From Pseudomonadota bacterium (lineage in GTDB: Archaea; Thermoplasmatota; SW-10-69-26; JACQPN01; JAJPHT01), in NCBI GenBank assembly GCA_021325135.1, contig JAJPHT010000020.1:32001-96000 (forward strand): a stretch of DNA of 64,000 nt, written 5' to 3'. This document shows, piece after piece, positions 26,778 through 35,521 of the stretch. Each line of letters begins with the position of its first letter. Positions within the stretch are counted from its first letter, which is position 1. Below the pieces are notes generated by a model. The model ran no database searches. It was not told where the DNA came from and saw only the letters and a program-made list of their open reading frames with translations. The position numbers and the translations under genes are program-made.

Positions 26778-27719
26778 ATGGCGCTCCTCCCGGTGGGGTG
26801 GGTCCCGAAGCTGGAGCTGCTCGTCATCGCCGCGGGCCTCGCCTACGTCCTGCGCCCCGCTGTGCCCAAGGCCTACGCGCTGGGCATCCTCATGCTCGCC
26901 GTCTACGCGCTGGACGTCGTGGGCGGCCTGCTGGGCCAGGGGAGCGTCACGCCGGAGCTTGGCTTCCGCGCGGACCGCCTCCTCCACGGCGACGCGTGGT
27001 GGACGCCCGTCACCGCGATGTTCGTCCACGCCGGGCTCGCCCACCTCGTGGGCAACCTGTTCATCCTCCTCACCGCGGGCCCCGCGCTGGAGGACCGCGT
27101 CGGCGAGCGCAAGTTCCTCGTCATCTTCTTCGCCGCCGGCCTCGCCGGCTTCGCCGCGCACGCGATCCTGGCGTACACGACGACCATCGTCACGCCCGGA
27201 GAGCTGGCCGTGGGCGCGTCGGGCGCCATCTTCGGCGTGCTCACCGCCTTCGCGCTGCGCCACCCGCGGGAGCGCCTGCCGCTGATCATGCTCTTCGTGC
27301 TCTGGCTCCCCGCCATCGCGGTCCTGGGCATCTACCTCGTCTACAACGTCGCGCTCATGTTCCTGGACAGCGGCGTCGCGTGGTGGGGCCACTTCGCCGG
27401 CTTCCTCGTGGGCATGGCCTTCGCGTACACGCTCCCCCGCGTCGACCCGCGCTCGCCCGTGGGGCGCAGGCCCCGCGTGGACGCCGAGAAGCTGGCGCCC
27501 TACGCCACGACGCCCGAGACCCGCCGCATCGTCGAGCAGGTGCGCACGCTGAGCACCGGCACGCCCACCAAGGACGACGCCGTCTTCGCCGACGCCTGGG
27601 TGGATCGCTTCTTCTCCAAGGCCACCTGCCCCCAGGGGCACGCCTTCACGCGCTCCGGGACGCACGCCACCTGCTCTGGAGGCGAGACGACGGTGGAGTT
27701 CGCGCGGGCCGCGAAATGA
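26778..27719 (+). CDS. Rhomboid family intramembrane serine protease
   Basis: WTPVTAMFVHAGLAHLVGN, GASGAIFG (Ser), GHFAG (His). Confidence 0.92.
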   Translation: MALLPVGWVPKLELLVIAAGLAYVLRPAVPKAYALGILMLAVYALDVVGGLLGQGSVTPELGFRADRLLHGDAWWTPVTAMFVHAGLAHLVGNLFILLTAGPALEDRVGERKFLVIFFAAGLAGFAAHAILAYTTTIVTPGELAVGASGAIFGVLTAFALRHPRERLPLIMLFVLWLPAIAVLGIYLVYNVALMFLDSGVAWWGHFAGFLVGMAFAYTLPRVDPRSPVGRRPRVDAEKLAPYATTPETRRIVEQVRTLSTGTPTKDDAVFADAWVDRFFSKATCPQGHAFTRSGTHATCSGGETTVEFARAAK

Positions 27720-27732
27720 TATCTCCATTCGC

Positions 27733-27841
27733 CCAGGGTCCAAAGAACGCGATGAGCGCGAAGAGCGCAAAGGACGCGACGACGAAAGGAACCCTCGCGA
27801 CCTTGGCGCTCTTCGCGCTCATCGCGTTCTTTGGACCCTGG
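27733..27841. repeat. MITE/REP-like palindromic element, copy 2
   Basis: 36-bp perfect inverted repeat CCAGGGTCCAAAGAACGCGATGAGCGCGAAGAGCGC; between convergent genes. Confidence 0.9.
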
Positions 27842-27854
27842 ACCAGAGCAGTCA

Positions 27855-28367
27855 TCACCGCCGCTGCGCCGCCAGGTAGTCCACCACGCGGGAAGCCAGA
27901 GCCCGCGCGTCCCGCGTCGCCTTGAGGTCCATGAGGATCTCGCCCTCGCGCGCGGCGCGGCCCACGACGTACCCGACGAAGGCCATGCGGTGGACGGCGA
28001 AGAAGTGGGCGAGACCCATGCAGGCCAGCTCGCCGCCGCTCTCGGACTCCACCGCGAGGGCCGCGCCGACCTTGCCTTCGAACGCGCCGCGCCGGGCGTC
28101 CTCCCACGTCGCGTCCAGGAGGGCCTTGAGGCGCGCGGCGGGCATGCCGAAGTGGCTGGGCGTCCCCAGGAGGATCGCGTCGGCCTCGCGCATCTTGGCC
28201 GTGATGATATCAAAGGCGTCCGTATTGCGCCGGCCGGGCGCGCCGTAGTCCGCCAGCGCGACGAGGTCCACCTGCGCGCGGCCGCGCACGGCCTTCAGCG
28301 CCTCGTCCAGGAGGACCGTGGTGTTGCCCTTCGCCCGGGGGCTGCCGGAGATCGCCAGGACCCTCAT
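27855..28367 (-). CDS. Flavodoxin-like NAD(P)H-dependent FMN reductase
   Basis: ISGSPRAKGNT, ADAILLGTPSHFG, GKVGAA. Confidence 0.85.
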   Translation of the reverse strand: MRVLAISGSPRAKGNTTVLLDEALKAVRGRAQVDLVALADYGAPGRRNTDAFDIITAKMREADAILLGTPSHFGMPAARLKALLDATWEDARRGAFEGKVGAALAVESESGGELACMGLAHFFAVHRMAFVGYVVGRAAREGEILMDLKATRDARALASRVVDYLAAQRR

Positions 28368-29185
28368 CCCTGCGCCCTCCTGCGGGGCTCGCGCCAGTCC
28401 CAGCCCGGCGTGCGGAAGCCCATCTTGGGGATCACAAGGGGGTTGCGCTTGTGGGCGCCCGCGAGGATGCGACGCTCCACGGCGCGCACGGTCTCCAGGG
28501 GCATGCCGCTCCTGCGCGCGACGGTGGCGGCGTCGTGCCCGCCCTCGAACTCCGCCAGCACGCGGTCCAGGTCCGCGTAGCGGATGCCCATCTCGCCCTC
28601 GTCGGTCTGGCCGGCGAAGAGGCCCGCCGTGGGGGGCTTCTCCACGATGGCGTCGGGAATCCCGACGTGCCGCGCCAGGGCCCACACCTCGGTCTTGTAG
28701 AGGTCGCCAATGGGGTACACGTCCGCCGCGCCGTCGCCCCACTTGGTGAAGTAGCCCGTGAGAAGCTCGCTCTTGTTGCCCGTGCCCAGCACGAGGCGGC
28801 CCGTGGCCGCGGCGTGCGCGTAGAGGACCAGCATCCTCGCGCGGGGCCTCACGTTGTGCGCGCCCATGCCCGTGGGCCGATGCGCGGGGCACGCCTCCTC
28901 CACCGCCGAGACGATGCGGGTGATCTCGACGCGCTCGTGGGGGATGCCCAGGTGGCGGCAGACCATCTCGCCGTGCGCCGCGTCCTGCGGGTCCGACGTC
29001 GCGTGGGGCAGCAGAAGGCCCAGCACGCGCTCCGCCCCCACGGCCTCCTTGGCGAGCGCCGCCACCAGCGCGCTGTCGATGCCGCCCGAGACGCCCAGGA
29101 CGTATCCCGAGGCGCCCGCCTCCTCGCCATACGTGCGGAGGAAGTCCACGAGCTGCCGCCGCGCGGCCTCGGGGTCGAACGCCAT
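28364..29185 (-). CDS. nadE: NH3-dependent NAD+ synthetase
   Basis: GVSGGIDSA, NVRPRARM, GTGNKSE, GYFTKWGDG, PTAGL..GQTDE, HKR. Confidence 0.95.
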   Translation of the reverse strand: MAFDPEAARRQLVDFLRTYGEEAGASGYVLGVSGGIDSALVAALAKEAVGAERVLGLLLPHATSDPQDAAHGEMVCRHLGIPHERVEITRIVSAVEEACPAHRPTGMGAHNVRPRARMLVLYAHAAATGRLVLGTGNKSELLTGYFTKWGDGAADVYPIGDLYKTEVWALARHVGIPDAIVEKPPTAGLFAGQTDEGEMGIRYADLDRVLAEFEGGHDAATVARRSGMPLETVRAVERRILAGAHKRNPLVIPKMGFRTPGWDWREPRRRAQG

Positions 29186-29324
29186 CGGGCGGCCATCCTG
29201 GGGGCGCGGGAAAAGGGTTCCTCCCCGGGGGCCGGCCCCTTCGGCCCGCCAGGAGGGCCCTCCATTGGAAGCATCCACGCACATCCTGAAACGTCGCCGG
29301 GTCCATGCGAGGCCTGACCAAAGC

Positions 29325-30422
29325 ATGGCCGACCCGATCTTCACGGTGCTCGCCGTCCTCATCGTCATCGCCCTCCTGGTGCTCGCCCTCAGCGGCATCC
29401 GCATCGTGCAGCCCTACGAGCAGGGGCTCTGGATCGTGCTGGGCAAGTTCCGCGGCAAGCTGAACCCCGGCTTCAACTGGGTCTACCCGCTGGTCTCCCA
29501 GGTGGTGAAGCTCGACCTGCGCACGCAGGTCCTCGAGGTGCCGCGCCAGGAGGTCATCACCAAGGACAACTCGCCCACCAACGTGGACGCCATCGTGTAC
29601 CTGCGCGTGCTCACGCCCGACAAGGCGTTCTTCGAGGTCACGGACTACCGGCACGCCACCATCGCGCTGGCGCAGACGACGCTGCGCAGCATCATCGGCG
29701 ACATGGACCTCGACGAGGTGCTCTACAACCGCGAGCGCATCAACACGCGCCTGCGCGACATCCTCGACGAGGCGACCAGCAACTGGGGCGTCAAGGTGGA
29801 GAGCGTCGAGATCCGCGAGGTCGACCCCGTCGGCCGCGTCAAGACCGCCATGGAGGAGCAGACCTCCGCCGAGCGTGAGCGACGCGCGGCCATCCTGCGC
29901 GCGGACGGCGAGAAGCGCGCCAAGATCCTCACCGCCGAAGGCGACAAGAGGAGCCGCATCCTCCAGGCGGAGGGCGTGCGCCAGGCGAAGGTCCTGGAGG
30001 CCGAAGGCACGCGCGTCGCGCAGATCCTGGAGCGCCAGGGCCAGGCGCAGGGCCTCCGCATCCTCGCGCTTGGCGGCGCCACGCTGGACCAGAAGAGCCT
30101 CACCGTCCTCTCGCTGGACGCGCTCACCTCCCTGGGCGAAGGGCAGGCCACCAAGATCGTGCTCCCCTTCGAGGTCTCCACGCTGCTCAAGAACGCCAGC
30201 GAGTACGTGAAGGGCGGCGCGCAGGAGCCGCCGCGCCAGCCCAGCGACGTGCGCCAGCTGGAAGGCATCATCGGCGAGGCCGACAAGGTGCTGGGCCGCA
30301 TCCCCAGCCCCGACGAGCTGACCAAGGAGCTCTCCGTCATCGAGAAGGAGATCGAGGACGAGACCAAGAGCGCCGAGGACATGGCCAACGCCACCAAGGG
30401 GAAGTCGCCTCCCCCCGCCTGA
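29325..30422 (+). CDS. SPFH/stomatin-like protein
   Basis: N-terminal TM, QEVITKDN, TTLRSIIG, WGVKV, AERERRA coiled coil. Confidence 0.93.
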   Translation: MADPIFTVLAVLIVIALLVLALSGIRIVQPYEQGLWIVLGKFRGKLNPGFNWVYPLVSQVVKLDLRTQVLEVPRQEVITKDNSPTNVDAIVYLRVLTPDKAFFEVTDYRHATIALAQTTLRSIIGDMDLDEVLYNRERINTRLRDILDEATSNWGVKVESVEIREVDPVGRVKTAMEEQTSAERERRAAILRADGEKRAKILTAEGDKRSRILQAEGVRQAKVLEAEGTRVAQILERQGQAQGLRILALGGATLDQKSLTVLSLDALTSLGEGQATKIVLPFEVSTLLKNASEYVKGGAQEPPRQPSDVRQLEGIIGEADKVLGRIPSPDELTKELSVIEKEIEDETKSAEDMANATKGKSPPPA

Positions 30423-30583
30423 CCTCCCGAGCCCGGGTCGCATCATCTCCACCTAACACCGTTCCCCCGGGAGACGATGCGGCCCGCGGGCGGCCTCCAG
30501 GCGGAGGTCCTCTCTTCTGTAAGTCATTCTTCACAGGAATCCTCCGAAAATGGCTTTCCACCACCATCGTTGGTGGAGCGCGC

Positions 30584-30991
30584 ATGGCCATGTCCCGAAG
30601 CCTGGTTTCCGTCGGTCTGAGCCTCTTCGCCCTCCTCGCCACGGCCCTCCCCGCGGGCTCCGCCCTGGGCCACGTGCCCAGCCAGATCTCCGTCCACCTG
30701 CAAGGGGTCGCCAACTGCAACCTTTGCAGCTTCGACGTCCACACGTGGACCTTCGACTACGACGGCGCCAACGGCGGCTGCACGAGCGAGGTCCACCTCG
30801 ACGACAACGGCGTCGACGTCCCCTCGGACCCCGTCTGCGTGTACGTCACCGAGACGGCCATCACCATCACGGGCAACGGGGCCCACCTGGGCGGCGCGGG
30901 CGATGGCGAGGACGCCGGGGCCTTCGAGGTCTCGGGCGAGATCTGGGGCCAGCTCTCCGTGGGCGGCGGTCTCGTCACCGACGACGCCTAG
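30584..30991 (+). CDS. Small secreted acidic protein with 4 Cys
   Basis: Signal peptide; CNLC plus two further Cys. Confidence 0.7.
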   Translation: MAMSRSLVSVGLSLFALLATALPAGSALGHVPSQISVHLQGVANCNLCSFDVHTWTFDYDGANGGCTSEVHLDDNGVDVPSDPVCVYVTETAITITGNGAHLGGAGDGEDAGAFEVSGEIWGQLSVGGGLVTDDA

Positions 30992-31029
30992 GCGCAGGCG
31001 AGGGCGCCCCGCGTCCCACAGCCTATCGC

Positions 31030-31043
31030 AAAGCCTTATGTAG
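31030..31043 (+). promoter_or_regulatory. BRE/TATA-like box of the archaeosortase gene
   Basis: AAAGCCTTATGTAG ~25 bp upstream of ATG 31068. Confidence 0.5.
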
Positions 31044-31067
31044 GGTCCTGGGCTCCTTTTCGCTCCG

Positions 31068-31979
31068 ATGGGCCTGGATTCTCCAGTGGTGCAAGCCCTC
31101 CTTCTGGCGGTCGTCTGGGCGGGCATCGGCCTCCTGGCCCTGGGCTACTTCTGGAAGGACAAGCGCAGCCACCTGCTGCGGGCGTGGGGCTGGGTCCTCT
31201 TCGCCTCGTACTGGCCCTTCCAGGCGCCGCACTTCTTCGGCGGCGACGAGCCCGACCCCATCAACGGCTGGTTCACGCTGCTGGGCCCGCTCTTTCTGCT
31301 TTGGGTCGCGTGGCACGAGTGGCGCTCCTACGCGTGGGACGAGGACCCTGCCGCGCTGCGCTGGTTCGCCGGCGCCTCCGCCGTCTCGGCGGCCACGTAC
31401 TTCGTCATCTTCCAGATCCCCGGCGTGCAGAATTGGATCATGCAGGGCACCGCGCAGCAAAGCGCGTGGCTCTACAACGTCCTCTTCAGCCACGCCAGCG
31501 GACACGTCGCCTACGTCCCCACCTCCAGCCTTTCCCCCGACGGCTACGACATCATGCTCACGGGCGACGGCAGCCCCTACGCCGTCACGGTCGTCCTGGC
31601 ATGCACGGCCATCCAGAGCATGATGATCTTCGTGGGCGCCATCGCGTGCCTCGCCGCCGACACGCGCCGCAAGATGTGGGGCTACCTCATGACGGTGCCC
31701 ACCATCTACTTCCTCAATCTCTTCCGCAACGCGGGCATCATCTACGGCTACCACGACCTGCATTGGAGCATGTTCGGCCTGGAGCCCTTCGAGTGGATGC
31801 ACTCCTACGTGGGCAAGATCGGCTCGCTGCTGGCGCTTGTGGTGATCGCGCTGGGCGTCTTCGCGACGCTCCCCGAGCTCCACAGCAACATCCTCGACCT
31901 CTTCGACCTCAGGAAGAGGAACAAGCCCGGCTTTTTCAAGCAGCCGCCCAAGGAGCAGGCTCCCGCGCCCGAGGCGTAA
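31068..31979 (+). CDS. artA: Archaeosortase A family transpeptidase
   Basis: Multi-TM; catalytic LACTAIQSM (Cys), LNLFRN (Arg), WMHSYVGK. Confidence 0.85.
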   Translation: MGLDSPVVQALLLAVVWAGIGLLALGYFWKDKRSHLLRAWGWVLFASYWPFQAPHFFGGDEPDPINGWFTLLGPLFLLWVAWHEWRSYAWDEDPAALRWFAGASAVSAATYFVIFQIPGVQNWIMQGTAQQSAWLYNVLFSHASGHVAYVPTSSLSPDGYDIMLTGDGSPYAVTVVLACTAIQSMMIFVGAIACLAADTRRKMWGYLMTVPTIYFLNLFRNAGIIYGYHDLHWSMFGLEPFEWMHSYVGKIGSLLALVVIALGVFATLPELHSNILDLFDLRKRNKPGFFKQPPKEQAPAPEA

Positions 31980-31985
31980 CGGGCC

Positions 31986-32447
31986 TCACGCGTGGTGCGC
32001 CGGCTCCACGACCAGGATGATCCCCTCGACGCCGGTCACGCGCACGCGGGTGTGGGGCGCGATGGCGGGGCCGCGGGTGATGGCGCTCCACGTCTCCTGG
32101 TGGATCTTCACCTTGCCGCGGGGCGCGTCGTGGGTCACGGGGACGGTGACGAGCCCTTCGAGGCCCACAAGGGAATCGGCGGACTTCGTGGTGGGCGCCT
32201 TGTCGGGGGTCGCCATGCGGCGGTACACGAGGATCGTGATGACGGTGGCGGGAACGCCCGTGGCGATGGCGATGAGGGGCGCGTAGACGGTGAAGAGGTC
32301 GAAGGGCACGATGAGCTCGCAGGCGCCCAGGATGACCAGGATCGTCGCGGGCACGGCGATGAAGAAGCCCGGGATGAGGGCCTCCAGGATGAACATCACG
32401 ACGCCCAGGGAGACGAGGCCGTAGCCGATCAGCGTCGGGTCGACCAT
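31986..32447 (-). CDS. NfeD-like (short) protein
   Basis: EALIPGFF TM segment; OB-fold LVGLEGLV, GKVKI..ETWSA, VEGIILVV. Confidence 0.88.
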   Translation of the reverse strand: MVDPTLIGYGLVSLGVVMFILEALIPGFFIAVPATILVILGACELIVPFDLFTVYAPLIAIATGVPATVITILVYRRMATPDKAPTTKSADSLVGLEGLVTVPVTHDAPRGKVKIHQETWSAITRGPAIAPHTRVRVTGVEGIILVVEPAHHA

Positions 32448-32476
32448 GACGCCTCCTCATCGGGAGCCCGTGCGCT

Positions 32477-34129
32477 TCAAGCTATGCTCCCGGCGTCCAG
32501 CGCGAGACCCAGGGGGCCCCACGCCTGCTGCGCCTGCGCGGCGGCGGCGCGCGCGTCGGCGCCGGGGGCAAGCGGCGCCACCACCACGGCGCCCAGGGGC
32601 TTGCCCGCGCCTGCCACGAGGCTGGCGCTGCTCCACGCGACGTCCGCGGGGCCGCCCTCCACGGATTCCACCGCGACGGCGACGCGCCCCACGCGGTCGT
32701 CCCCCAGGACGAGGCGAGTCGTGAGCAGCGTGCCCGGGGCCCAGTCCGGGGTTGATAGCACGAGCGTGCGCGAGCGGGTGACGTTGTCCAGCGCGGCCTG
32801 CGCGCTGGGCCAGCGCCCTCCGGGGGGCATGCTCCAGGGGGGATCGCCCGGCCCGCCGAAGGCGAGGAGCCGCAGGCCGGGGACGGGGCGCGACTCCGCA
32901 GCGGCGATCTCGCCCACGGGCGTCTCCAGCATGGCGGCCAGCGAGGGCGCGGCGAGCCCGGGGACCGGAGGCAGCTTCGCGACGTCCACGTCCAGGGGCG
33001 CGCGGAAGAGGAGCGCGCCCTTCGCGGCGGGGGCGGGCCCGGGGCCTTGAGGCGCGGGGCGCGCGCGCAGGCCCAGGGCGACGGCGTCCGCGCTGCGGTT
33101 GCGCGCGTCGGAAAGCGCAGGCAGGAGGGCGGGCGAGGCGACGACCACGAGCCCCGAGGCCTCGTCGGCGCGCGCTCCCGTGAGGCGCTGCGCGTCGGCG
33201 GGGGTGAGGAGGGCGACGCCCGCGGGGATCGCGCGCTCGACGAGGCGCGAGACGCGGAGCGTCGCCTGCTCGTCGCGGCCCCATGATAGCAATTCCCGCG
33301 TCTGGGCCGGGCCGTCGGGCTCGACCACGAGGCGGTCGTCGAACCACGTGTAGCCCGGCTCGCGCACGCGCACGATGCCCGCCGCCGCGCCGTTGAGCGT
33401 CGTCTTGTTGCTCTCCAGGCGGAAGCGGATCGTCCACGCGCCGGGCGCGATCGGCCCGTCCACCGTCGCGAGCGTGGGGCGCGCCAGTTCGTCCAGCGTC
33501 GCGTTCCACGGGGTGCGCTCGCCCGAGGGGCTCTCGAAGGAGCCGTTCCACCACGCGGGCAGGCCTCCAGGGCCAAGCTCCGCGCCTTCGGGGATGAACG
33601 CGAGGTCCTGCGAGTCGGGCGGCACCGCGAGGCGGATCGCGAGCTGGCCGCCCTCGGGCGGAAGGAAGCAGACGGTCGCCGTGGGCGTCCTGTCGCACGG
33701 GCGGATGCGTTCCATCTCGTAGCCCGCGGTCACGAGAGGCTTGGGGAACGTCGAGGCGCGCAGCGCGAGCGCGTCCCCCGCCGCGAGGCCGTTCGCGCGG
33801 GCCCACGTCCCGTTGAGCGCGATCTCTCCTGGGGCGGGCGGGTCCAGGGCGCCCGTGGCGTCGAGCGCGCGCGCCGCGCCCAGGTCCAGCGAGGCGAAGT
33901 CCAGCGCGAAGGGCTCGCCGTGGGCCGTGGCGACGCCGCCGCCGAACCATGCGGCGCCCGCGGCGGAGGGGCCCTGCGCGTCGGCGAGGAGGCCCCGCAT
34001 GCTCGCCTCGGGGAGGGGCCAGCGCCCGTCGACGGCGAGGAGCATGGGCCCGGCGGGCGCGTCGCCCGCCTTGGGCGCGCTGCACCCCGCGAGGAGGGCC
34101 AGGACCAGGAGGGGCCGGAGGGCGCGCAA
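32477..34129 (-). CDS. Lipoprotein resembling the MacB-type permease ectodomains, without TM segments
   Basis: Lipobox LLAGC; blocks colinear with the 3624-6992 ectodomains (ESPSGERT vs TSPSGNRT; GAWTI vs GDWTI). Confidence 0.7.
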   Translation of the reverse strand: MRALRPLLVLALLAGCSAPKAGDAPAGPMLLAVDGRWPLPEASMRGLLADAQGPSAAGAAWFGGGVATAHGEPFALDFASLDLGAARALDATGALDPPAPGEIALNGTWARANGLAAGDALALRASTFPKPLVTAGYEMERIRPCDRTPTATVCFLPPEGGQLAIRLAVPPDSQDLAFIPEGAELGPGGLPAWWNGSFESPSGERTPWNATLDELARPTLATVDGPIAPGAWTIRFRLESNKTTLNGAAAGIVRVREPGYTWFDDRLVVEPDGPAQTRELLSWGRDEQATLRVSRLVERAIPAGVALLTPADAQRLTGARADEASGLVVVASPALLPALSDARNRSADAVALGLRARPAPQGPGPAPAAKGALLFRAPLDVDVAKLPPVPGLAAPSLAAMLETPVGEIAAAESRPVPGLRLLAFGGPGDPPWSMPPGGRWPSAQAALDNVTRSRTLVLSTPDWAPGTLLTTRLVLGDDRVGRVAVAVESVEGGPADVAWSSASLVAGAGKPLGAVVVAPLAPGADARAAAAQAQQAWGPLGLALDAGSIA

Positions 34130-34202
34130 CGCGGCGCGCAGGGCGGCGCAGGGACTTGAAGGGCGCGCAAGGTCGATAGGGGGCGACCGGCCTGCGCGGC
34201 GC

Positions 34203-35438
34203 GTGACCCGCGGCGCTGCCCTCCTCGCCCTCGCGCTCCTGCTTTCGGGCTGCGCCTCGGTGGGCCCCTCGGGGTCGCCCACGCGCGCCACGCAGGCGAC
34301 GCCTGGCGCCAGCGCCCCCTTCCTGGCCACGGACCTGGGCCCCGGCGGCCCCGAGCCCGTCGTGCGGCTGACGCCCGAGGGCGCGCTGGCCGTCGCGGCG
34401 CAGGACCCCGAGGGCGGAGGCCCGCGCGTGTGGATCTCCCACGACCAGGGCGCCACGTTCGCCCTCAGCCGCGTCAACGCGCAAGGGGCAGGCGAGGTGG
34501 ACCTCGCGGCGGCGAGCGGGGCGCTCTTCGTCACGCAGCTTGGCACCAGCGGCAACGTCGTCTCCGTCTCCAAGGACGGCGGCCAGTCGTGGCAGACCTC
34601 GCCCCTGGGGCCGCAGTCGCAGTACTTCGACCGCGAGTGGCTGGGCGTCGACGACGCGGGGCACGTCTACATCGTCTCGCGGCCCCGGGGCGACAACACG
34701 GCGAGCCAGGTGTCGCGCAGCGACGACAATGGGCTCACGTTCCTGCCGCAGGGGGACCCGTGGGACGCGGCGCACGAGCCGGGCCTGACCAACGGCAACC
34801 TCGTGCCCTGGAGCGGCGGGCTCTCCATGCCCTACGTCTGCCGCGACGGCGCGGGCGTGTGCGTCGCCACGAGCAAGGACAAGGGTGTCACCTGGACGCG
34901 CTCCCTGGCGCGGGAGAGCGCCGCGGGCGTCGCGCACGTCTACGCAAGCCTCGCGGCCACCTCGTCGGGGCTCCTCGTCGCGTGGAGCGAGCCGGTGGAC
35001 GGGCGCCTCGCGGTCTTCGCCTCCTCCAGCGCGGATGGCGCCTCGTGGAGCGCGCCCGTGCGCGTCTCGGGGAAGGGGGAGAGCGCGCTGGAGCCGTGGC
35101 CCGCGGCGCGGGGGGGCACGGCGTGGATCGCCTACCTCTCCACCGACGTCCCGCTGGACGCAGGCGACGCCTCGGGGGCCGCCAACGCGCGCTGGACGCC
35201 CATGGCGGCGCGCGTCGACGCGCACGGCGCGCCGCAGGGCGCCCCCCGCGCGCTCACGTCCGGGCCCGTGCATCCGGGCCCCGTCTCGCCCCCCGTGGGC
35301 CGGGGCGGCGGCGCCGCGCCCAACCGCCTCTTCGGCGACTTCTTCACCGCGATCGTGGACTCCCGCGGCAAGCTCGTGGTCGCGCTGGAGAAGGACGACG
35401 GGACCGCGAGCCGGGACCTTGTTCTCCGCGAGCCCTGA
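34203..35438 (+). CDS. Lipoprotein with BNR/Asp-box beta-propeller
   Basis: Lipobox LLSGC; SHDQGATF, SKDGGQSW, SDDNGLTF, SKDKGVTW, SADGASW. Confidence 0.85.
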   Translation: MTRGAALLALALLLSGCASVGPSGSPTRATQATPGASAPFLATDLGPGGPEPVVRLTPEGALAVAAQDPEGGGPRVWISHDQGATFALSRVNAQGAGEVDLAAASGALFVTQLGTSGNVVSVSKDGGQSWQTSPLGPQSQYFDREWLGVDDAGHVYIVSRPRGDNTASQVSRSDDNGLTFLPQGDPWDAAHEPGLTNGNLVPWSGGLSMPYVCRDGAGVCVATSKDKGVTWTRSLARESAAGVAHVYASLAATSSGLLVAWSEPVDGRLAVFASSSADGASWSAPVRVSGKGESALEPWPAARGGTAWIAYLSTDVPLDAGDASGAANARWTPMAARVDAHGAPQGAPRALTSGPVHPGPVSPPVGRGGGAAPNRLFGDFFTAIVDSRGKLVVALEKDDGTASRDLVLREP

Positions 35439-35521
35439 GGCCCAACCTGTATAGAGTCCCAGGAGAAGGCTTAATCGGGCCAAGCCGCTGGCCGCCACCG
35501 GAGCTTTGGAGGCTTCCCAGC

